From Gemmatimonadales bacterium (GTDB taxonomy: Bacteria; Gemmatimonadota; Gemmatimonadetes; Gemmatimonadales; GWC2-71-9), in NCBI GenBank assembly GCA_041613315.1, contig JBFJHJ010000012.1, positions 1 through 64,000 of the forward strand: DNA of 64,000 nt, written 5' to 3'. The notes beneath the pieces were generated by a model, which searched no databases, was not told the DNA's origin, and saw nothing but the letters and a program-made list of their open reading frames with translations. Positions 9,589 to 17,166 of this stretch are shown piece by piece. The position numbers and the translations under genes were made by a program. How positions within the stretch are numbered: position 1 is the stretch's first letter; every line of letters starts with the position of its first letter.

Positions 9589-10775
9589 GCCGAGACAGCC
9601 GACGCCTGGGGCGCCTCCCGGCCTATGCGGTGGCGGAGCTCGCCGAGGCGAAGCGGCGCCTCGTGGCCCAGGGCATCGATGTGATCGATCTCGGCGCCGG
9701 AGATGCCGACGTTCCACCGCCCGAGGTCGCGGTGCGGGCCCTCGCCGAGGCAGCCGCGGATCCCGCCATGAGCCGGTATGCCTTTCAGGTGGGCCTTCCG
9801 GCGTTTCGTGAGGCGGCGGCCGGCTACATGCGTCGCCGCTTTGGCGTGACGCTCGATCCAACGGCCGAGATCCTGCCGCTCCTTGGCTCCAAGGAAGGCC
9901 TCGCCCATCTGCCGGCCGCCGTGGTGAACCCCGGCGAGGTGTGCGTGCTGCCCGATCCCGGGTACCCGGCCTACGTCGGGGGGGCCGTGCTGGCGGACGC
10001 GGAGATCGCGCGATATCCGCTCACCGCGGCGGGGGGGTTCTTGGTCGAGCTCGACCAGCTTCCCGCCGAGCGGCTCGACCGGGTGCGGTTGGTGTATGTG
10101 AATTATCCGAACAACCCCACGGCGGCGGTGGCGCCGCGGGAGTACTTGGAGCGTTTGGTGCAGTTGTGCCGCGATCGGGGGATCGTGATCGCCTACGACA
10201 ACCCGTACTGTGAGATCACGTTCGACGGTTATCGTGCGCCGAGCATTCTGGAGATCCCCGGCGCTCGCGACGTGGCGGTCGAGTTCCATTCGCTGTCGAA
10301 GAGCTTCTGCATGACGGGCTGGCGCCTCGCGTGGGCCGCTGGGAACGCCGAGCTCGTCGCAGCGCTGACCCGGGTCAAGACGTACGTGGACACGGGAGCG
10401 TTCTTGGCCATCCAGTACGCCGGGGCCCACGTGCTGGAGCGAGCGGCGGAGCTGGTGGAGCCGATCCGCCGGCGGTTTGCCGAGCGCCGCGATGCGGCGG
10501 TGGCGGCGCTGCGGGACACGGGGCTCGACTTCGCTGCGCCGCTGGCTACGATGTATCTCTGGATTCCGGTGCCGGAGGGGGTCTCCGCCCGGAGCGTCGC
10601 AGAAGACGTCCTCGAGCGCGAGGGCGTCATGGTGCTGCCGGGCCCGGCGTTCGGTCCCGGTGGCGAAGGTTATGTCCGCCTTGCACTCACCGTCGATTCC
10701 GGCCGCCTCGCCGAAGCCGCTCGGCGGATCGGGAACACGCTCCGGCGGCTCGCGGCCGCCGGCGCACGTTCCTAG
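9585..10775 (+). CDS. Class I/II PLP aminotransferase, LL-diaminopimelate aminotransferase-like
   Basis: GSKEG, DPGYP, NYPNNPT, SLSKSFCMTGWR PLP-lysine motif; GTGA coupling. Confidence 0.85.
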   Translation: MSRDSRRLGRLPAYAVAELAEAKRRLVAQGIDVIDLGAGDADVPPPEVAVRALAEAAADPAMSRYAFQVGLPAFREAAAGYMRRRFGVTLDPTAEILPLLGSKEGLAHLPAAVVNPGEVCVLPDPGYPAYVGGAVLADAEIARYPLTAAGGFLVELDQLPAERLDRVRLVYVNYPNNPTAAVAPREYLERLVQLCRDRGIVIAYDNPYCEITFDGYRAPSILEIPGARDVAVEFHSLSKSFCMTGWRLAWAAGNAELVAALTRVKTYVDTGAFLAIQYAGAHVLERAAELVEPIRRRFAERRDAAVAALRDTGLDFAAPLATMYLWIPVPEGVSARSVAEDVLEREGVMVLPGPAFGPGGEGYVRLALTVDSGRLAEAARRIGNTLRRLAAAGARS

Positions 10776-10794
10776 GTTCCGCCTCCCGCCTCCG

Positions 10795-11658
10795 GTGCGC
10801 GAGCGCGGCCGCCCACTGTGGGTGGCCGCGAGCGTCCTCGTCCACCTCGTCGCGGTCCTCGCGTTGGCGCGCATGGCCGGCCGCACCTTCGCCGTCTCGG
10901 AGACCACGCCATTTATCTTGCTCGAGCTAGGCCCGTCCGGCCGAGAGGTGGCGATGCCGGCCTACGCGTCGCCCGGCCAACGCGGCGCGAGCCAGGGCGG
11001 TCAGGGCCTGCGGGCGGACGAGCTGGTGGGCGAGCGCCTCGTCCCGGTCGCACCCACCACGCCGCGCGATTCGGTGATCCCGCTCCGGACCGACGAGATC
11101 GTGATGGTCGTGACCCGCGGGCCGGTGCGCTCCGACAGCGGGCCCGCCGGCGCGGAGGGCCCGCTCAGGACCGACCGGATCCTGGGCCCGGCGTACGGCG
11201 ATGGCCGGCTCTGGGTGCGGCCGTTCTTCGCGGCACTCGGCGTCGTGGGCCCCTCGCCCGACGCGGCCACGCACACGGCTCGCGTCGAGGCGGCGGTCCT
11301 GGAGCGGATGAAGGCGTTCATCGACACCATGCCGCGGGACAGCTTTGCCCTACCGCCGCCGCCGCGGTGGACCACGGACCTCGGCGGCAACACCTGGGGG
11401 ATCGACCGGAACTGGATCTACCTCGGCGACATTAAGCTTCCGACGGCACTACTGGCCCTGCTGCCGCTTCCGCAAGGGAACTACGACCAGGCGAAGGCGG
11501 CGCAGGAGCTCCAGCGGATGCGGGAAGACATCATCCAGGCCGCCCGACGCGCCGAGACCGCGGAGGAGTTCCGGAAGTACGTGGAGGAGCTCCGCAAACG
11601 GAAAGATGCCGAGCGCGAAGCAGCCCGAGCCGCGCAGCGGGACTCGGTGGTTCCGTAG
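10795..11658 (+). CDS. Hypothetical membrane-anchored protein (start uncertain)
   Basis: Single N-terminal TM helix LWVAASVLVHLVAVLAL; charged C-terminal helix; coding-like codon use. Confidence 0.6.
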   Translation: MRERGRPLWVAASVLVHLVAVLALARMAGRTFAVSETTPFILLELGPSGREVAMPAYASPGQRGASQGGQGLRADELVGERLVPVAPTTPRDSVIPLRTDEIVMVVTRGPVRSDSGPAGAEGPLRTDRILGPAYGDGRLWVRPFFAALGVVGPSPDAATHTARVEAAVLERMKAFIDTMPRDSFALPPPPRWTTDLGGNTWGIDRNWIYLGDIKLPTALLALLPLPQGNYDQAKAAQELQRMREDIIQAARRAETAEEFRKYVEELRKRKDAEREAARAAQRDSVVP

Positions 11659-11816
11659 GCGCCCCACGGGTAGACGGGGAAGTGTTCCGGTGGCAAGTTG
11701 CCGGCGTCCAGGGCCACCGAATGGAGAAGAGCCGCACGTGTCTGAGGGAACTTGACCCCGGTGGCGCGTGTTAGATGGAACGATGGTCACGCCGCTCGAT
11801 ACCTGAAGAACCGCTC

Positions 11817-12329
11817 ATGGCCACGCTGTTCGCCTACGGCACCCTCATGTGGGACAACGCCCTCGCCTCGTATCGCGGGCAGCACGCCCGGGCGGAGGGC
11901 ATGCGTCGGGCCTTCATCGGCCAATCCGAGCGCCGCTGGGGATCTCCCCGACATCCGTGTCCTCAGATCGGGCTGGTCGAGGGCGAGGGATGTGGCGGCG
12001 TGCTCTTCGACGTTCCTTCCGCCGACCGCCGCTACCTGTTTCGCAACCTCAAGCAGCGCGAGGGCGTGCCCCTGCGCTCGGTCCGTCTGCGGGACCACCG
12101 CGGAACGGTCATGCGGGCGCGGTGTTTTCTGCCCGACGCCGGCAGCCGCCGCTGGGAGGACGCCGAGGAGCTGCTCGAGGCGCTGCGGGCCGCGCGGGGC
12201 CTGGTGGGCACCGGGGCGGAGTACGTCCGCGCGATCGTACATGCGATGGAGCTGTGGCAGATCGACGATCCGGTGGTGACGCACATCTGGGAACGCATCC
12301 GGCACTGGGCCCCCAACCCGGTGACGTGA
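11817..12329 (+). CDS. ChaC-like gamma-glutamylcyclotransferase
   Basis: LFAYGTLMW GGCT motif; WGSPRHP; LKQRE putative catalytic Glu; G..GTGAEY. Confidence 0.8.
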   Translation: MATLFAYGTLMWDNALASYRGQHARAEGMRRAFIGQSERRWGSPRHPCPQIGLVEGEGCGGVLFDVPSADRRYLFRNLKQREGVPLRSVRLRDHRGTVMRARCFLPDAGSRRWEDAEELLEALRAARGLVGTGAEYVRAIVHAMELWQIDDPVVTHIWERIRHWAPNPVT

Positions 12330-12356
12330 AACGACGACACGGAACACGGACTACGG

Positions 12357-13556
12357 ATGACGGACACGATCTCTGGCACGTTGGAGCAGCGCCGCGACGC
12401 CGCTTCCTTCCCGTTCGGCGTCCGACCGGAGGCGGCGGCGCCCGATCGGGACGGTCGAGGGCCGGACACCATGAACCGGCTCCTGCTCCACGCGGCGCGC
12501 TACCATGCCCGGGACGCGGTCTCGCTGCGGTGGGAGGAGGGGCGCACGGAGTGGGGATGGCAGCCGATGCCGGATTGGCGCGCGGACCGGTACACGGTAC
12601 GGGCGGCGCTGGTCCTCCGTCAGCGGCTCGAGGTCGCCGACGGCGAGACGGTGGCGCTGTGGCTGCCGCTGAGCACGGAATGGCCGATCGTCGAGCGGGC
12701 GGTGTGGTCCATCGGCGCCGTGAGTGTGCCGGTCTGGCCCGAGTGGGATCTCGAGCGCGTCGCGCAGGTCATGGCCGATGCGCAGCCGGCGGTGCTGGTT
12801 GCCCCGGATTGGGAAGCGGTGCGGCAGCTCCGCGTGATCGGCGGGCTCCCCGAATCCGTGCGAGGCATCGTGCTGTGGCGGGGGGCGCCGGACGACGCGC
12901 AGGACGCCCTACCGTTCGCCCAATTCCTGGACTATGGGGGCGTGCTGGACACCGCGGAGCGGGCAGCCATGTGGCGCACCCTCACGCGGGGTCTCTCGCC
13001 GGACACGGCCGTGAGCCGTGAATACACCTCGAGCGGCCCGCTCCAGTGGGGCAAGCTGGATCACCGGATGCTCGTGGCTGCCGTGGAGCGGATGCTGCGG
13101 CGCTTTCCGGCTCATGCCGGGCGGGTCCAGGTGCTCACCACCGAGCGCCCGCACCCCACGCTGCGCGCGCTGATCTTCGCCGGCTGGGTGGACGGCCTCA
13201 CCCGGACGATCTTCGCCGCGACGTCCGAGGCCCAGGAACATCTCGAGGCGTTCGTCCCGGATCTCGTCGTGGGTCCGGCGGAATCGCTCGGCAGCGTATT
13301 GCGTACGGTGCAAGCTGCTGCGGCGGCCCCGGAGCCGCCGGCGCCGCGCCGCGGACTGCTCGCCCGGCTGCTTGGGGTGCGGAGCGGTGACGACACCGCT
13401 CCGCGGCGTCGGCCACGGGCGCCGACGGTGCGGGTGCTTCTGACCGACGGCGCGCCGCCCGCCCTGGACGACGCGACCGTCACTATGCAGTTTGTGGAAG
13501 AGTCGGAGATCGACGTGTTCCCGATTGGCCCCGGCATGGCCGGCCAGGGTCAGTGA
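12357..13556 (+). CDS. Degenerate AMP-binding (long-chain acyl-CoA ligase-like) protein, N-terminal domain only
   Basis: GETVALWLPLSTEW..VERAVWSIGAVSVPVW matches FadD N-terminal pattern; P-loop degenerate (YTSSGPLQWG); no GYG.TE or TGD motifs. Confidence 0.6.
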   Translation: MTDTISGTLEQRRDAASFPFGVRPEAAAPDRDGRGPDTMNRLLLHAARYHARDAVSLRWEEGRTEWGWQPMPDWRADRYTVRAALVLRQRLEVADGETVALWLPLSTEWPIVERAVWSIGAVSVPVWPEWDLERVAQVMADAQPAVLVAPDWEAVRQLRVIGGLPESVRGIVLWRGAPDDAQDALPFAQFLDYGGVLDTAERAAMWRTLTRGLSPDTAVSREYTSSGPLQWGKLDHRMLVAAVERMLRRFPAHAGRVQVLTTERPHPTLRALIFAGWVDGLTRTIFAATSEAQEHLEAFVPDLVVGPAESLGSVLRTVQAAAAAPEPPAPRRGLLARLLGVRSGDDTAPRRRPRAPTVRVLLTDGAPPALDDATVTMQFVEESEIDVFPIGPGMAGQGQ

Positions 13557-13613
13557 GGCAACGACGTTGGGCCCGACTGGCTCGTCAGGCCCGAACACCA
13601 GAGGGAGGTTTTC

Positions 13614-15488
13614 ATGAGTGACTTGCTCGCCACGGCCACGAAAACCGCCGCGAGTCTCGCGTGGCGCACCTTCCAGAGCGTCAACACCCGCATCCCCGAC
13701 AGCCCCTCCATCCAGCCCACGTGGGCGCCGGGGCCGCTCCCGAAGAGCTACGAGCGCACCAAGCCGCCCCTTGGATGGCCGCGAGAGACCGATTCGCTGT
13801 GCCCTCGGTGCGTCATCGAGGTGCGTGACGCGATCATCGCGGGTGAACGGGACATCTCCGAGTTCGTGGAACGGCGGGCAGGCGAGGTCCGCGCGCGCAT
13901 CAACGAGGAGCACGGCAAGCTGATCATCCGCAAGACGTGCCCGACGCATGGGGACTTCTGGGACACGCTCTCGATCGATCCGCAGTTCAGCGCGCTCCTC
14001 GAGCGGCGATTCTTTGGTCGCGACTACCGGACGGCGGCGGACGCGCACGTCCACCGGCATGGCACCTCCACGATCCGCTACGGTCGCGGGGCGGTGCTGA
14101 CGATCGACCTGACGAACCGCTGCAACATGATGTGCAACCCGTGCTTCATGGATGCGAACCAGGTCGGGTACGTGCACGAGCTGACGCTGGACGACATCAA
14201 GCAGATCCTCGATGACTCGATCTCCTTCAAGCCCCGGCGCCAGATGTCGGTGCAGTTCTCGGGCGGCGAGCCCACGATGTCGCCGCACTTCCTCGAGGCG
14301 TGCCGCTACGCGAAGGAAGTCGGGTATTACACCGTGCAGGCGGCGACCAACGGGTTGCGCTTCGCGCTCGAGCCGGAGTTCGCCTATCAGGCGAAAGAAG
14401 CCGGCCTCAACATGGCCTACTTCCAGTTCGACGGGGTGACCAACGAGGCGAACGCGCACCGGCAGATCAGCAACCTGTTCGATGCCAAGTGGCTCGCCGT
14501 CGAGCGGATGCACGATGCCGGGATCGACATCTCACCGGTCACGACCGTGGTGAACACGATCAACGACCAACAGGTGGGCCCGATCCTCGACTTCGTGATC
14601 GAGCACTCGGACAAGATGGGCGCCGTGTCGTTCCAGCCGGTGTCGTTCACCGGCCGCGACGAGGAGATCAGCGACGCCGACCGGCACGCCCAGCGCTACA
14701 CGATCTCCCACCTGGCGCACGCGTTCGCGGAGTACTTCGACGGGAAGATCGATCCGTACCGTGACTGGTACCCGCTCGGGGCCATGGGGGCGTTCACCTG
14801 GCTGGCCGATCACCTCCGCGGGCCCGACATCGACTTCGGCGGCGTGTCCTGTTCGTGTCACCCGAACTGCGGTGCCAGCGTGGTGTTGGCGCTCAATTCG
14901 AAGACCAAGGCGTGGGGGCCCCTGACGGAGTTCTTCAACGTCGAGCAGTTCGTGAAGGACATCAACGTCATCACGGATACGTCGCGGGGCCAGGGCTTGA
15001 GCAAGGCGCAGGCGGGGCTGGCGCTGCTCCGCAACCTCGACCAGCGCAAGATGCCCTCGGGCCTCACGGTCAAGAAGTTCCTCCAGCTTGCCAACCGGAA
15101 GATGGGTGGCGCGCTGGACGAGAAGGCCGACCGCGACACGAAGGAGTGGAACCTGATGTGGATTGGCGGGATGTGGTTCCAGGATCTCTGGACCTATGAC
15201 TTCCGCCGCACCGAGATGTGCGTGATTCCCTACGCCACCCAGGAGGGGGAGATCTCCTTCTGCGCGTACAACACGGGCGCCGGGTGGCGGAAGATCGTGG
15301 AGAACATGCACATGGTCGCGAAGACGAGCGACTGGTTCAAGGACAAGGGCCGGCACCAGATCTATGCCGGGAACCGGCCGATGGACCTGAAGCCGGGGAC
15401 GCGCGCGCTGCCGGTCGTCGAGAAGCGCCAGCTCGCCGTGCCGCACGCGGGGACCGTCCAGTTGGGCTCGGGCTGCGGCTGCCACTGA
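13614..15488 (+). CDS. Radical SAM enzyme of the tetraether synthase (Tes / GDGT-MAS / MJ0619) family, bacterial clade
   Basis: SLCPRC...KTCPTHG N-terminal metal site; DLTNRCNMMCNPCF rSAM motif; SGGEPT; QFDG; FQPVSFTGR; CSCHPNCG; C-terminal CVIPY...ISFCAYN; RBS GGGAGG. Confidence 0.85.
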   Translation: MSDLLATATKTAASLAWRTFQSVNTRIPDSPSIQPTWAPGPLPKSYERTKPPLGWPRETDSLCPRCVIEVRDAIIAGERDISEFVERRAGEVRARINEEHGKLIIRKTCPTHGDFWDTLSIDPQFSALLERRFFGRDYRTAADAHVHRHGTSTIRYGRGAVLTIDLTNRCNMMCNPCFMDANQVGYVHELTLDDIKQILDDSISFKPRRQMSVQFSGGEPTMSPHFLEACRYAKEVGYYTVQAATNGLRFALEPEFAYQAKEAGLNMAYFQFDGVTNEANAHRQISNLFDAKWLAVERMHDAGIDISPVTTVVNTINDQQVGPILDFVIEHSDKMGAVSFQPVSFTGRDEEISDADRHAQRYTISHLAHAFAEYFDGKIDPYRDWYPLGAMGAFTWLADHLRGPDIDFGGVSCSCHPNCGASVVLALNSKTKAWGPLTEFFNVEQFVKDINVITDTSRGQGLSKAQAGLALLRNLDQRKMPSGLTVKKFLQLANRKMGGALDEKADRDTKEWNLMWIGGMWFQDLWTYDFRRTEMCVIPYATQEGEISFCAYNTGAGWRKIVENMHMVAKTSDWFKDKGRHQIYAGNRPMDLKPGTRALPVVEKRQLAVPHAGTVQLGSGCGCH

Positions 15489-15514
15489 CCGAGTCCCGAT
15501 GGCGTGAAAGCGAC

Positions 15515-15538
15515 ACGGGCGGCTGCAAGGCCGCCCGT
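15515..15538 (+). terminator. Hairpin after the Tes-like gene (between convergent genes)
   Basis: ACGGGCGGC-tgcaag-GCCGCCCGT stem. Confidence 0.5.
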
Positions 15539-15633
15539 TCTCGTTCGCCTGTCTGTGGGGAGTGATATGTGAAGGGTGATACCTGAGGCACGACTTCCCA
15601 CCGCTCACGTTTCACTCGTACCTCGTTCACCTC

Positions 15634-16968
15634 TCAATGGTCGCTCTGCAGATCGGCCGGCGCCCACTCCCGAGCCGCCTCCATCCGCGCCAGGCTCTCC
15701 CCGCGCCCCACGATCTCCAGCAGCACGTTAACGGGCTCCGAGACCGTCGTCCCGGTGAGCGCGATCCGGATCGGTTGGAAGATCTTGCCGGCGCCGACGT
15801 CCAGGGAGTCGGCGAGCTCGCGCAGCTCGGTCTCGAGCCGCGCCTGCTCCCACTCGCCATCGTCGAGCCCCCGGAGGCGCGCATGCACCGCCTGGAGCGC
15901 GTTCAGAAACCCCACGGGGTCCTTCGCGATCTGCTCCTCCGCCTTCTCGTCCCGCTTGACGTGCGCGGCGTCCAACCGGACGCTCATCTGCCACGCGGCG
16001 TGCAGCGTCGTGCGCGCCCGCTCCCGCACCACTTCCATCACCCGGCGGAGCCGTGCAGGCGCGTAGCGCCCGGAGTCCACGCCCGCCTGGGCGAGCAGCG
16101 GCTCCACGAGCGGGAGGAGCTCGTCCGGCGGCGTCCGGCTCATGTGTTGTCCGTTCATCCACTCCAGCTTTGCCGGATCGAAGATCGCGCTCTTCTTCTG
16201 GATCCCGTTGATCGAAAAGGCCGCCACCAGCTCGTCCGGCGCGAAGAACAACTCCCGGTCGTCGCCCGGATTCCACCCGAGGAGCGCGAGGAAGTTGCGG
16301 AGTGCCGGCGCCAGGATCCCCAGCTTGCGGTAATCACCGACCGCCGTCGCCCCGTGGCGCTTGGAGAGCCTCTTCCCGTCGGGCCCATGGATCATGGGGA
16401 CGTGCGCGAAGACCGGGGGCTCGTGGCCCAGCGCGCGATATACGGCGATCTGCTTGGGGGTGTTCGAGATGTGATCGTCGCCCCGCATCACCTGCGTGAT
16501 CCGCATGTCGATGTCGTCGACCACCACCGTGAGGTTGTAGGTGGGCGTGCGGTCCGAGCGCAGGATCACCCAGTCCTTGACGTCCTCGCCTCGAAACCGC
16601 ACGCGCTCGTATACGGCGTCGTCCCACGCGATCTCGCCCGTGGGCATCCGAAAGCGGATCGCGCCTTCGTGCTCGTACGCGTGGCCCTCGGCCAGGAGCC
16701 GGTCCGCGAGCTCCTGATGCCGCGCGATCCGCGCGCCCTGGAAGACGGGCTCCTCGTCCCAGTCGAGGCCGAGCCACGCGAGGCCGTCCAGGATCACGCG
16801 CGTGTGCTCCTCGGAGGAGCGCGCGCGGTCGGTGTCCTCGATGCGCAGGAGAAACGCGCCGCCCGCCTGGCGCGCGACGAGCCAGTTGAACAGCGCGGTG
16901 CGGGCCCCGCCCACGTGCAGATAGCCCGTCGGCGAGGGCGCGAACCGGACGCGGAGCGAGGGGTCCAT
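15634..16968 (-). CDS. gltX: Glutamate--tRNA ligase
   Basis: RFAPSPTGYLHVGG, LRIEDTD, RGDDH, GKRLSKRHG; C-terminal anticodon-binding domain; start at MDPSLRVRF. Confidence 0.95.
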   Translation of the reverse strand: MDPSLRVRFAPSPTGYLHVGGARTALFNWLVARQAGGAFLLRIEDTDRARSSEEHTRVILDGLAWLGLDWDEEPVFQGARIARHQELADRLLAEGHAYEHEGAIRFRMPTGEIAWDDAVYERVRFRGEDVKDWVILRSDRTPTYNLTVVVDDIDMRITQVMRGDDHISNTPKQIAVYRALGHEPPVFAHVPMIHGPDGKRLSKRHGATAVGDYRKLGILAPALRNFLALLGWNPGDDRELFFAPDELVAAFSINGIQKKSAIFDPAKLEWMNGQHMSRTPPDELLPLVEPLLAQAGVDSGRYAPARLRRVMEVVRERARTTLHAAWQMSVRLDAAHVKRDEKAEEQIAKDPVGFLNALQAVHARLRGLDDGEWEQARLETELRELADSLDVGAGKIFQPIRIALTGTTVSEPVNVLLEIVGRGESLARMEAAREWAPADLQSDH

Positions 16969-17166
16969 GGTCCTCCATGGTGCCGGTACCACAGGATCGC
17001 GCGGGTCGTCGCCCGCTACGCGACCAGTCCCGGCGCGGCCGACCGGACGTCGGGCGCGACGTGATCGCCCAAAGGTAAACCGGGCACCGCCATTTGGGCA
17101 CACGCTCCGCCCTTGCGCGGAGGCGCTTACGACCGCACGTTGTGGGGATCCATATCGACAGGTGTA

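Noticed and set aside
15471..15545. Selenocysteine read-through of the TGA after GCGCH in the Tes-like gene
   Set aside because: The downstream hairpin looks like a terminator and the extension has no recognisable protein character; no support beyond selA being present
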